A stretch of DNA of 64,000 nt, from the NCBI RefSeq assembly GCF_016433145.1, contig NC_058130.1, forward strand, positions 656,681,225 through 656,745,224. The letters are read 5' to 3'. This DNA comes from Gracilinanus agilis. Lineage: Eukaryota. Shown piece by piece: positions 52,085-64,000 of the stretch. The notes beneath the pieces are model-generated. The model was not told the origin of the DNA and searched no databases. It saw only the letters and a program-made list of their open reading frames with translations. Numbering within the stretch: the stretch's first letter is position 1; each line of letters opens with the position of its first letter. The translations under genes were made by a program, and so were the position numbers.

Positions 52085-52340
52085 GGGAAAGTCATTCGTT
52101 AAGTACCTACCGTGAGAAAGACATCGTGCTAAGTACTTTGCCAATATCATCTCATTGACAATCAACCCTGGGAGGTAGGTGCTAGTACTTTCTTCATTTT
52201 GCTGTTGAGGAAACTGAGTAAAACTAGGCCTAAGTGATTTGTTCAGACTGACACTGCTAGGAAATGTCTGAGGCTGCATTTGAACTCAGCTCTAATTTAT
52301 TATAAACCCAGTCCTTCATCTACTTAATTTTCTAGCTGCC
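52085..52340 (-). mobile_element. MIR SINE
   Basis: gtgctaagtacttt...atcatctcatt...ccctgggaggtaggtgct...gaggaaactgag...gtctgaggctgcatttgaactcag. Confidence 0.7.
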
Positions 52341-55039
52341 ATGGATTTGATTAGATGAACTTTGAAGTTCCTCATATGGATTGAAGTTCTATGAAACTTT
52401 TAATATATGATATTGTATAAAAACTGAAATTGGCTGCATCATTTTAAAAATTTTATGATTTGTTACCTAAAAACTCTGATGGACGGAATGTTTGATGAAA
52501 TTCAAGTTTGATGAAAAGTGCTAGAACAGATAACCTCAAAGACATTTTTCACTTCTAAAACTTAGTGATTCTGTACTGACTCCTATCTCCTCTAGAAAGC
52601 CTTCTTTTATTATTCCATTTCATTCAGCTCTTTTGCTTTGCTAAACTCCCTGCCTTTCTAGGCAAGTTAGATTATAAATAAGTTTCTTGAGGGGAAGTCC
52701 TGTAATTGATACTTCTCTGATTCTCCCTTGTACAACACCTGATACAAGTGTTGTGTTAATAGCAAATGCACAATAAGAACTTTCTGAATTTAACTGCATA
52801 TCTTGGAGAATTTATCTTGACAGCAACAAAAATAAACATATTTCATGGTAATCAATAGCAATAGTCAAATTAATTCTCCCCTTTCAATTCCAAAGAATGT
52901 ATGAAAGGGTTTCTTTCCTTTATTTATGAGATAATCCTCAACATGTAGACTTGGGATGTGATGATAACTATTAAAATCTAATCTGATGCTGAACAACTGC
53001 TTGATTAAATATTTTAAAAGTTACATTATCATAATTACTTTATTTCATCATGTAAATAAGCATTGCCCTATAGGCCCAGGATGTAACACAAATCAAGCAG
53101 CTTTAAATGATAGAAGGGAAATTAAAAATCAAATAGGAATTGAAAAAACCTCACACACTTAATATATATTTTTTGCATTTGGGCACCACAAGTTGTTTTC
53201 CTCAGAATGAATCATCTCAATGAAAATAAGCATGTGAAGAACTAGGAAAAAATATATGTGCATCTGAAGGCTTTAAAATCTTATATGAGAAGCTATTTTA
53301 TCTTTATATTGTTTGAAATTATATAAAACACCCATAAAAAGGAAAACAAAATAACATAAAAAATGACTAATACCATTTATGTGCACTAATGGACTGATGG
53401 TTACTTTTATCATTAGAAAGTTAAAACATTATTTAAAGAAGCACATAATCTTTCAGTGAAACATAACATCACTTAAGACTAAGCATGTGGTATATAAACT
53501 ATTGTGTAATCAAAATATTTAGATGTTTGATATTCTAATCCTTCAAGGATTTCTGATTTTATTGATGTAACTTTGTAGTTATTTTATGAATAATTAACTA
53601 TATTTTTCACTTAGAAGTATTTATAGATTACTCTTCCCATTTTTAGTCTTTATATATAATTTTTTCTTATAATAGCTAACAGTTATATAGAGCATTATGG
53701 TTTACATAGCATATTATCTCAATCAATAAACATTTATTAACATGTTCTGCATTGGAGATGCAAATACAAAAAGAAAAAAAAAACAACCAGCCAACAAAAA
53801 AAGAGTCTCTGCCTAATTTTTTTTCCCATTTTGTCCATTGGGAAACCTCAGAGAGTTTTAATGATTTTCCCAGGACCATAATTTCTGGTATCTGAGACTA
53901 AATTCTAACCCAAGTCGTCCTATCTTTTAAGTCTGTAATTTTTTCTACTCTAACACATTTTATAACAAAATAAAAAATATGGGGAATAAAATAATAATAA
54001 TATTAATAATAATAAACATTTTAGTGGTTTAAGGTTTGCAAAGAACTTTACAATGTAATCTAATTTTATCCTCAAAATTTTGAGAGTTAAGTGCATCCCA
54101 TTTTACAGATGAAGAAACTGAGGTAGGCAGTGTGCCAGTCACACAACCAATATAAGGGTCTGAACGTGTTCCACTTTGAGAAGTTTTAAGTTGTAAGATC
54201 ATTTTCACACTTTAGGCCACCCAAATTATAGGAAACTGAAGACTATATCATAAAACATAGTTTATGAACTTGAACCGACAGGACCTTTAGTGGATAAAAT
54301 TAAATTAAAAGCTTTGGACCATAGCAGCTCGGCTTATATTAAAAAAAAAAACACACACACACAAAACTGAGCAAGGGTAAGCTAAGGTTTCCAACAAGGT
54401 ATCCTGCTAATAAAATCTGAAAACATTTCCCAAAACAACTTCAGAAATGACCAAAGGAGTAGTTGGGGAAGTTACTGAGCCTGAACATTTTAATAAAAAA
54501 ATTGTTGATCTATACATTTTGTTGAGCAAGCACAATAACAGGTGCCTAAGAGAATACAGAAAACCACCTTATCCTGTGGCAAAAAGTTTACAATCAAACA
54601 CCATTTCAGGAGCTTTGACCTAAATATGTAATGCTATATAAATTTCTCTCCATTTGTAACAAGCAATGGCAAAATCTGTAAACTGCCATAAAGTAGTTAA
54701 ATGAAATATAATGTACAACCAAGAGAGCTAATCATTTTGAAAAATAATTCTTAATTATAGTAGTACAGTGCTTCTGTGATCACTGCCAAAAGATAATGTA
54801 GCCATGCACAGAATATGAGAAAGGTGAATATAATACCTCATTGAGACATAAATTCCAACAGTTGGAGAAAACATTCACCTGTGCAGTAGGTAATACAAAT
54901 ATCTTTGTTCCCATTTTACAGAAATGGAAATTCATGTTTGGAGAAGCCTTGTACAAGGACAGAGATTACATTTGAGGACAGTGAGATGTGTGGAAGAAAA
55001 GGAATCTACCTAATCATACCAACTCAAGAAGAATAGACA

Positions 55040-55243
55040 GGGAGAGTGAGGTAGCAAAGTGGATAGATCGTGAGTCCTGGAGTTGGAAGGACCTTGGCTC
55101 AAATTTTGCTTCAGACACCTCTTAGCTGTGTAACCTTGGGCAAGTCACTTAATCCCAATTATCTAATCTTTTAACACTGTTCTGTCTTGGAATGGCTACT
55201 TAGGATAGATTATAAGACAGAAGGGAAGGATGAAGGAAAAAAA
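55040..55243 (+). mobile_element. Older SINE1-like CORE-SINE
   Basis: ggtagcaaagtggataga...cagacacctcttagctgtgtaaccttgggcaagtcacttaatccc...taagacagaagg. Confidence 0.75.
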
Positions 55244-55574
55244 TTAATTCTAGACAGGTCTCAAACACAAGTTGTTCTGATTATAAAACTAGTGCTATTC
55301 TACTAAACATCTTACTCCTAGCAAAGAATCTTCTTTTTACTGTATTATGGGGCCTTCAAAATCACTAACCACTATTCTACCATTTCTTTCCTAATTATAA
55401 TCAAGTAAGGTACACATTCAAATGAACTTTAAAAAATTTTGAATAGAGGTAAATGTATTAGTTCTATATGTGTGTGTATACATCTGAAGGTAATATATCA
55501 GTGGAACCATCTCAATCGAATCATCATATTGAGAATTGGCAAAATAGAATGTATCATCCTTTTATCCTTCTCAT

Positions 55575-55930
55575 CTTGGCCATATATTCAACAAAGATTT
55601 ATATAGGCAGTTTAATTCTATAAACATATATTAAGCGTCAACTGTGTGTAAAATGTAGGATGGGTGATGGGGAAGTAGCAATTTTAGATAGGACAATATG
55701 CCTGCCCTGAAGGAAGTTAGGATCTAGAAGACTGATATTATACAACATATTATAAAAATAATATAGGATAAATGCATCAAAAAGGTACAGATCAAGCTAA
55801 CAGTCATTATTGACTAGGTAAACCTGGAAAGAAGGTGTAGCACTTGAATTTGGCCTTAGATAGTTAGGTAGAAAGGTAGAGAGAGTGTTAAAATAATAAG
55901 ACTTGAAGTGGTCCAGAGAAAAAAGAGAGA
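55575..55930 (-). mobile_element. L2 fragment
   Basis: tattcaacaaagatttat...tgcctgccctgaaggaagttaggatctag...aggtgtagcacttgaatttggcctt. Confidence 0.55.
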
Positions 55931-55946
55931 ACCTGTGGAGTGCTGG

Positions 55947-56056
55947 CTTGCTATTCATAATAAAACTTAACCTTGAATGAAAGAATATCTTTCAAGGAAT
56001 TTTTGTATGATTTTAGTATATGCAAGGAAGGTAACTTGGGGAAGTCAAAAGGATGG
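55947..56056 (+). repeat. ~110-bp direct repeat, copy A (copy B at 58267-58376)
   Basis: Both copies share cttgctattc(a/g)taataaaac...cttgaatgaaag...tttcaaggaattttt(g/a)tatgattttag(t/c)atatgcaagg. Confidence 0.88.
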
Positions 56057-56074
56057 ATACACAATGGATACATA

Positions 56075-56230
56075 AAGCCCTGGATTCAAATCCTGTCTCT
56101 GATACCTACAAACTCTGTGATCTTGAAAAAGTCACTTAATCTGGGTTTTATTTCCTTCTCTTTCTTCTCTATAAAAGGATGGTGCTAGACTTCATGACCT
56201 CTAAGGTCCCTTTCAGCTTTAAGTCCTTCT
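56075..56230 (+). mobile_element. MIR3-like SINE
   Basis: ggattcaaatcctgtctctg...gtcactta...tagacttcatgacctctaaggtccctttcagct. Confidence 0.7.
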
Positions 56231-56457
56231 GTTCAGTTCAGTTATGCCTGATTCTTTGTGACACTATTTGGGGTTTTCTTGTCATTTCTTCTTCCAGCTC
56301 ATTTTACAGATGAGGAACAGAGGCAAACAAGAGTAAGTGACTTGACCAGGTCACACAACACAATTGGTAAATGTTTTGAGGCAGGATTTGAACTCAGGAA
56401 GATAAATCTTCCCCACCCAATGCCTAGCTCGCTATTCACTATACCATCTAGCTATCC
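56231..56457 (-). mobile_element. MAR1-type SINE
   Basis: gttcagtt...ctgattctttgtgacactatttggggttttcttg...ctcattttacagatgaggaa...gaggcaggatttgaactcaggaag. Confidence 0.8.
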
Positions 56458-56809
56458 TAACTTTAAATCTATTTTCTAGCAACAACAACAACAAATAACA
56501 TTTATATATTGTTTTAAGTTTTGCCAAACCTTTTGTATATGTACTTCCATTATGTAGATTTTAAAATCAATATTCAATATCTCCGAAGTATAATATTTAT
56601 AAAGATTTATTAATATTTAACTAGAGAGCTAGAGAGCACAGGGAACATTCACCACTCAATCCACGTGGAAGAGAGAGTGCAGGGGAGGAGCAACCACAAC
56701 TATACATAGACAACGTAGCAATGCACGTATCGGAATGGCCAAAGGAATTGTGGCTAATACAGAAAGGAATTTTGGGCAATGCAGTTCCAGGAGTTCAAGA
56801 TTTTCCAAC

Positions 56810-57010
56810 TATACAATTGTTCCTTACAACAACCATATGATGTGGATGCTTTATCATTCACATTTCATAAGTGAGGAAATTGAAGTTGGAAGGTAAATTG
56901 AATTGTCCAGAGTTAAACAGCTAATAAAAGTCTAAAGCACGAATTGAACTGAGACCTTCCTGATTCCAATTCAAGTGCTCTATGCACTAACTATCTAGAT
57001 GTCTTAGCTA
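56810..57010 (-). mobile_element. MIR SINE
   Basis: ccttacaacaacc...gaggaaattgaag...gaactgagaccttcctgattcc. Confidence 0.55.
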
Positions 57011-57281
57011 TTTTTTTTTCCTGGTTTGAGAGTTTACTCATGAGAAGCTGGATAATTTCAATACTTATTCTATTAGTGTTATGATTAGGATAGTTCCATT
57101 TGTCAAACAAACATGTTTAAGAAACTATATTTTGCAAATCTCAAATCTATTTTCAGAGGAAACATGAAAAAGAACACAGTTGCTGCCCTCAGAAAGCTGG
57201 ATGGGGAAGAGGAAGAGGAAGAGAAGGGAGTGTATATAAATTACAATTAATGATATTTCTTTGGTGCATCTTGGGACTTTT

Positions 57282-57473
57282 TTTCCCCTTTTTTTTTAAA
57301 CCCTTAACTTCTGTGTATTGGCTCCTTGGTGGAAGAGTGGTAAGGGTGGGCAATGGGGGTCAAGTGACTTGCCCAGGGTCACACAGCTGGGAAGTGTCTG
57401 AGGCCGGATTTGAACCTCAGACCTCCCATCTCTAGGCCTGACTCTCAATCCACTGAGCTACCCAGCTGCCCCC
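57282..57473 (-). mobile_element. SINE1_Mdo-type SINE (short-tail form)
   Basis: Full length; 14-bp TSD atcttgg(g/a)actttt (57268-57281, 57475-57488). Confidence 0.95.
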
Positions 57474-58266
57474 TATCTTGGAACTTTTCAATAGTACAGA
57501 TATCAATCCACCCACAGCTTTTCATCCTGAAAAATGCTTGTCCTTGTCCTCCTACAAATCCTTCACAAAACATTCAATGACTGTGCTGAGGACTTTCCTC
57601 CATAGCTCTTGAAATCACATGGATACAATGGAGTACATGGACTATTCACTGAATTACAATTGTCCCACTTTTCCAATCAACCATCACCCTGGTAATATAT
57701 CCCCCTTTTCCAGCACAAGATTTCATTTGGAATCTGTAGTCCTCTACTCAAACCAACCATACAAATCTTCAGTGCTCTTGAGAGGACCCATGACCTGAAT
57801 TATTCGAGCACTATTGCATTCTATAATTTATAGCCAACAACATTACTAGAAGAATATTGATATTAAAATTTTATTTCTGGGATAATCTTGAGGTCAATGA
57901 AAATACCAGGAAAAATTTATCAAATGCAATTTATACAACTTTCTTCTTTTTCAATTTTGGTCCAAGTCTGATATGAATTTGCAATTTTTGTCCAAAATAT
58001 GTGTAGGGTATACTGTTTACCCAAAAGCATATCATAGATTAGATTAAAAACATTCTTTATCTTCCCTTTTTGTATGTACAGAGTGAAGACAAATTATTTT
58101 TGAGGGATTATAAATCCCATTAGAAGGCATTACCAGAGTTTAATATGTAATTCCTGCAAACTGCTGCATTTCCACTGTGTTCACTTGCTGCTTGGAGTTT
58201 GAACTCTATGATAGATATCCTTTAAGACGGTGGCAAAGACCTTTGGCCTCCTTGTTTTATTTGTCA

Positions 58267-58376
58267 CTTGCTATTCGTAATAAAACAATCTTGAATGAAA
58301 GTATACATTTCAAGGAATTTTTATATGATTTTAGCATATGCAAGGTAGGTGACTTGGAGAAGAATAAAAAAGATGG
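58267..58376 (+). repeat. ~110-bp direct repeat, copy B
   Basis: See copy A; roughly 80-85% identical by eye. Confidence 0.88.
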
Positions 58377-58705
58377 CATTTTACTACATAAAATCAATGC
58401 TTTATTAAAACAATAAGTACAGTGGGATCATATATTCTCTACAAAGTTCAACCAATTTTGCTTTATAATAAAATAGATTTATGGGTTAGGAGTTGCTAAT
58501 ATTTTTCTATTATCTTTTTTCCTTAAAATAGGGTCAGTATTTTATTTTTTAAGAGAAATTGGTAACTTTTCATTTTAAGATATTGTGAGCATCAATCTGT
58601 TAATATTAATATTAATACATAATAATGATTATATTTTATAAAGTTTATTAATAATAAAGTAAAAAAAAAGCTAGAGTAAGAAGGGTGCTAACCCAGCAGC
58701 CCATG

Positions 58706-58710
<5 letters not shown>

Positions 58711-58766
<56 letters not shown>
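58711..58766. repeat. (AG)n microsatellite, ~23 perfect units
   Basis: Read directly from the sequence. Confidence 0.97.
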
Positions 58767-58959
58767 GGGGGGCAGAGTTACAATTAACTATATACAAATA
58801 ACGTAAACATGCAACTTGGGGACAAAGGGAAAGGATGCTGGGTAATGAAAAAAGAAATCTTGGAGATAGAGTCCAAAGATTCAAGATTTCTAATTATTAC
58901 AGATCCCTCAATTATTTCACAATTATATAACCTTCAGCATATAAAATAAGGCATAATGC

Positions 58960-59925
58960 CATAATATAACTTAAAAAATCAGTGAATAGTAAAGGTTTAA
59001 GAAATGTATGAGAGATTTTAGGAAGGAGTGATTATTTTTAGTGAGGAGGAAAAAATAACTTCCAGAAGCTGTACCTGAGTCAGACTTTAAAAGAAAGAAG
59101 GAATTTTTAAAAAAATCTGAGATGTGAAAGAATTCCATACCAGGGAATGTCTTGTAAAAAGTTGTGCTGACAAGAGAGGACATAATGAGATTAGGGAAGA
59201 AAAAAAATGAAATATTGGCTAAAATATGGTGTATTAAGAGGAATAGTATGAAAAAAAGTGTTCAGAACTAGACTGGAGAACAGGCTAAAGGGCATATATT
59301 TTGTTCTAAAAGAAATGCAATATTATCTAAGATTCTTAACTGGTAGAATGTTATCACACATGCATCAAGAAACTTGAACAACTGTGTGAAGAGACTGTTG
59401 GGTATAGATACCAAAAGTAGAGAATCCATCTTGGATAAAACCTTGTCATTGTTCATACTAGATGTAACGTGGTCTTGAGCTGATTGATTGAGTGATTGAT
59501 TTGGGGTTATAGCAATAGAAATGGAAAATAGAGGGTACATATAAGAGATAATGTTGATGTTATTATCAATATTGTGTGGTTACCTGGCATGAGAAAGAAT
59601 CAAATTTTTAAGGCTGAATAAATGAGAGAATGATCAATAAAAATAGGGAAATTCATTGGAAGAACAGGTTTTGTCAGGTAGGTAAGATTAATTTTGAACA
59701 TGTCTACTTTTAAGGTATAGTCAGGTTATCTAGCTGAATATGTTCAGTAAACAGTTGGAAATACATCTGGATCTCAGGAGAAAGGTCAGAGCAGTATTTG
59801 GGAGTTATCTATATAGTGATAATGTTGAAGTCATGGGAAAGTATGTAATTGCCAAAGGAGGGAGAACAGAGAAAGAAAAGGATGGGACAGAGGATAGAGC
59901 AGCTAGTCTAAAAATGTTTAATTTG
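58960..59925 (-). mobile_element. L2 fragment (probably continues past the SINE toward ~61400)
   Basis: gataatgttgaagtcatggga...gaacatgtctactttt...gttcagtaaacagttggaaat purine-rich L2 antisense pattern. Confidence 0.55.
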
Positions 59926-59926
59926 A

Positions 59927-60115
59927 GGGGCAGCTGGGTAGCTCAGTGGATTGAGAGTCAGGCCTAGAGAAGGGAAGTCCTAGGTTCAAATCCGGCCTCA
60001 GACACTTCCCACCTATGTGTCCCTGGGGAAGTCACTTGACCCCCATTGCCCACCCTTACCACTCTTCCACCTAGAAGCCAATACACAGAAGTTAAGGGTT
60101 TAAAAAAATAAAAAT
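59927..60115 (+). mobile_element. SINE1_Mdo-type SINE (short-tail form)
   Basis: Full length; 16-bp TSD aaaaatgtttaa(t/c)ttg (59910-59925, 60116-60131). Confidence 0.95.
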
Positions 60116-61548
60116 AAAAATGTTTAACTTGTCATCACTTAGGGACTGAGTCCACTATTAAATGAAAATAGAGGCTGAAGGGAATGATTTTAAAAGGACA
60201 AGAAAATTCTTTAAGATTTTTGCTTGATTACATATAATATTCCCTAGTACAAAACAAAGTACACTAGCTAAAAATATGCATCATTTAATTAGCAAAACAC
60301 ACAGCAGACTCAATCTATAATTATCTCACTGAGTGAATAGTCTGCCCTTTTGTGTTAATCAAAGGACACATTATGTACTGATCCTTGAAGGTCAGTAAAC
60401 TAGGAAATTTTCAGATTAAGAAGAGGGGAAAAATCAGAGCCACGGTACATGAATGAACCAATCTTTTGGGGGCCCTTATAAGTCAAATCCTATAGATATT
60501 AACAGAAGTACCCTAGTTTATTTCAACTGTTATGACATACACCATCTGTGCTTCTACAAGCTGTGAATTAGATTTTCATCTAAGCTATCAAAAGCAGAAG
60601 TGGTTTGCTAACGTGAAAGTGAATTATTTCATATATGTAAGTGTGTGGCCAAACTAGGACTGAAAGGAGACAAAAGAGAAGTATTTGAGGTATTCCTGAG
60701 AAGAAAAAGACAAACAGAATATTTGACTTGCAAATATCCCCCCCCAAAAAAACAAAGGAAATAAAAATTAGTACAACTACCAAAGGGAAAACAAGTAATG
60801 AAATGAAATAAAAGAATGACCTAGGGGAAAGCAATCAAAAAAGAAATAAGGGCTAAATATGTAAGTGAACATTGAGAAATTGAAGTGAAAGTAGAAGAGG
60901 GTATCTGAAACATCATAGACTAAATGTTATTATTCAAATGAATCATATTTTATCAGGGAGAATTGCCAAGTAGGTAAGAGAGTAAGTACATAAATAGGAT
61001 AGACAATGAGTAACAGATAATAGTGCTATCAAGTCAAAGAGTGAGTAAAAAAGGGCTGGTGACTTTTAGTCCTCAGCAAGAAGGGTGAGGAACTGTAAGA
61101 AAATTGGAGAAGTGACAAAAGGAAGGGATCAAGTTTGGGAGATTGAAAGAGGAATCTTAACTCAAGTAGATGTATACTTGTGATGAGAGATGGCAATTTC
61201 ATAATCACTTTAATATCTCAGAATTGAAGCATTGAGAAGCCTGTCTGTGGGCAGCATCATAGCCTAGGAAGAGCTATGAGTGAGTTCTTAGAGATGACTA
61301 ATATTCATAGTGGTTAATGAGACATAGATCCAGAGATAGGATAGCATATAGGGCCTCTGGGAAGGTAAGTAACCATGAGGAGAGGATAGAACTGACCAAC
61401 ACAACGTAGAGCCTAGGTCTAGGGTAATTCCTACAACACGATGCTGCTTTTGTCAAAACTTGTTTCCCTCATGAATTGATATTCCTTAGAGTAAGATATA
61501 TGAAGGAAAAAAGAAAGATGATAGAGCAAGATCAGTAATCATTCAAGG

Positions 61549-61584
61549 ATTCACATAGAAAAGGCTATTCACATAGAAACGGCT
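61549..61584. repeat. 18-bp tandem duplication
   Basis: attcacatagaaaaggct attcacatagaaacggct. Confidence 0.9.
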
Positions 61585-62689
61585 AAATGGACACAGAATA
61601 TTTGTTGCCCAGTATGTGAAATGGAAGAGAGATGTTTATGAATCTCTTAATTTGTGTGAAACAGTGTCCCAAGTTCTTGAGATATAAACAGAACATCATG
61701 ATAGCTACTCCTCTAAAGGAGCTAAAATTCTAACTGGGAGTCACAATACATAAATAAGGTTTCGTGTCCATTCTCAGTTTATGACTGATGGAAAGATCAA
61801 GAATTAATGAAGTCATGGCAGAAAAAAACAGTAAAATTGATGGCAAGGTCCCAAAGATACTGGGGAGTAATGGCAAGGCAGGTTAGGCTTTTACAAAGCT
61901 TATAGTGGGGATCCAGGGGTCAAAGACTTAGATTCAGAAAGAAAAGACCTGTGATTCCCTTTAATGTCTTTCGGTGGTGTTGGTCTGACTTCTGGCTGCT
62001 AACTGACATGCTGGGGAAAAAGAGAACATTCATTACTCCCTTTCTTGGGGGCTGGTGGTGATAACTGGTTCCAGTTATTGTGCCTTTCACTAGCAACAAT
62101 GACCAGCAGCTGTCACAAGAGACCAGCAAGAGACAATGCTGAGCACAGGACATACAATATGCCTATGAATTCAGCATGAATTTTGTGTTCAACAGCCTGC
62201 ATGCCACTCCAGATATATGGGTAATAAGTCCAAGGGGAGTGGAATGATGCTATCATCAGAAGAACACAAAAGTGGTTCTATAGCACCAAAGTATTCCGGT
62301 TGGATGGACAACCTAGAGAGCCTTTCATCTGCATGTGTGTATGTGTGCATATGTGTGTGCAATAAAACTTGATACAGATAGTACAAGGACAAGTCTAGCC
62401 CAAAATTAAACTAGAGAGATAGATATCTTGCTTTTAAGGTTAAAAAAACCCAAACTCATTCCTCCTATGAAGAACAGATGGACCTTCAGCTTAGGACAGG
62501 TAAAGGCAAAAGCTAGAAGTAGAGAAGAGTTTCATAATTTCATGCACAGCTACCAAACAGCATGCCTACAAGGTGGGCAAAGACTACACCCCTGGATGCA
62601 ATGGCATGCCACTCAAACCCCCTGAAAACAAGTCCACTGGGAGAGGTAACAGAAGTTCCCAGTGTCTCTGCAGCATCAGAGGCATGTTT

Positions 62690-63095
62690 CAATCAAAAGT
62701 CAAATAAACAAGCATTTATTAAGTATCTACCATGTTATAAGCACTAAGAGGAGTAAAAGACAGAACCCAACCCCCAGGAGCTCACTATCTAATGAAAGAG
62801 ACAAAAACATGTACAAACAAGCTATATGCAGGAAAAATAGGAATTAATTTAGATGGATAGGCACTTGAATTAAGAGGGGTTGGAAAAGCTTCCTATAGAA
62901 GATGGGATTATAGTTGGAACTTAAAGAAGCCAGAAAACCCAGGAGGCAGAGACCAGGAAGGAAAGCATAAAACTATAGGATATAATCAGAGAAAATAGAG
63001 TATCTTATTCATGGAACAGCAATGAGGTCAATGACCACCAGATTAAAGAATATATTGGGGGTAAGGAGGTAGGTGTAAGAATTTTGGAAAGCTAG
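62690..63095 (-). mobile_element. L2 3' region
   Basis: aacaagcatttattaagtatctaccatg...caggagctcactatctaatg...ggaaaagcttcctatagaag. Confidence 0.75.
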
Positions 63096-63097
63096 TA

Positions 63098-64000
63098 GCT
63101 ATTTTGCCCAATTACATGCCGATTCATCTGATAATCTAAGTGAAATAGATGATTATTTAGAGAAATATTAATTGTCCAGATTAAAACAAGAAATAGAAAA
63201 TTTAGATAATAATTTCTCAGAAAAAGAAATTGAACATGTCATCATTGAATTCCCTAAGAAAAAAGTTTCTGGGTTGGATGGATTCACAAATGAATTCTAC
63301 CAAACATGTAAAGAACAATTAATTCTAATATTATATATTTGGAGAAATAGCTAAGGAAGGATTCCTTTTTATGGCACAAGTATGATGTTTCTACCTAAGC
63401 CAGGTGTTTGCTCATGGGAGGGTCAAACCAATATAATAAAAATAACAATTCTTCCTAAATTAATTTATTTATTCAGTGCCATACCAATCAAACTATCCAA
63501 AAATTACTTCACAGAGCTAGAGAAAATAACAAAACTCATCTGAAATAATAAAAGAGATTAAATATCAAGGGAATTAATGAAAAAAAAAGAATTTGAAGGA
63601 TGGGGCTTAGTTGTAACAGATCTCAAACTGTAATTTTTTTTTAAACCCTTAACTTCGGTATTGTCTCATAGGTGGAAGAGTGGTAAGGGTGGGCAATGGG
63701 GGTCAAGTGACTTGCCCAGGGTCACACAGCTGGGAAGTGGCTGAGGCTGGGTTTGAACCTAGGACCTCCTGTCTCTAGGCCTGACTCTCACTCCACTGAG
63801 CTACCCAGCTGCCCCCTCAAACTGTAATTTAAATTGGCAATCATCAAAAAAAATTAGTAATCTCAAAGAAATAGAGTGGAGGGCCAAGGAAATCAATTAA
63901 GAAATCAACACACAATGGTAAATGGACATAATAACCTAGTGTTTGACAAACCCCAAGACCTAAGCTTTTGGAAGAACTGACTATTTGACAAAATCTGCTT
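63098..64000 (+). mobile_element. L1 ORF2 fragment with most of the RT domain deleted; runs off the window end
   Basis: EIENL...EKEIE...[17 protein letters not shown], then after cctaagccagg jumps to [20 protein letters not shown]. Confidence 0.9.
63637..63815 (-). mobile_element. SINE1_Mdo-type SINE inserted in L1
   Basis: Perfect 15-bp TSD ctcaaactgtaattt (63622-63636, 63816-63830). Confidence 0.96.

Overview
Eukaryotic, AT-rich intronic DNA from a marsupial, most likely the opossum Monodelphis domestica or a close didelphid (inferred from SINE1_Mdo-type, MAR1-type and marsupial L1 repeats). The window lies inside CSMD3 (CUB and Sushi multiple domains 3), transcribed on the minus strand. 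Two coding exons are visible: 26017-25848 (170 nt) and 4988-4832 (157 nt). They are joined by a 20,859-nt intron and together encode one complete CUB domain. The rest is intron dominated by transposable elements: L1, L2, CR1/L3, RTE, MIR/MAR1/SINE1 SINEs, two solo LTRs, a hAT MITE, a 7SL retrocopy and a U6-L1 chimera. I found no CRISPR array, no intact TE ORF and no new protein-coding gene; the ORF-track ORFs are chance or decayed-TE frames. I cannot support a new biological system here. The most notable structures are a near-perfect ~92-bp fold-back inverted duplication at the junction of two inverted L1s, a TSD-bounded U6-L1 chimera splitting a MIR, a hAT MITE with a perfect 8-bp TSD near an exon, and a cryptic frameshifting splice acceptor. 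Repeat family names come from recalled consensus sequences, not a database search. Boundaries of old repeats (MIR, L2, L3, RTE) are approximate.
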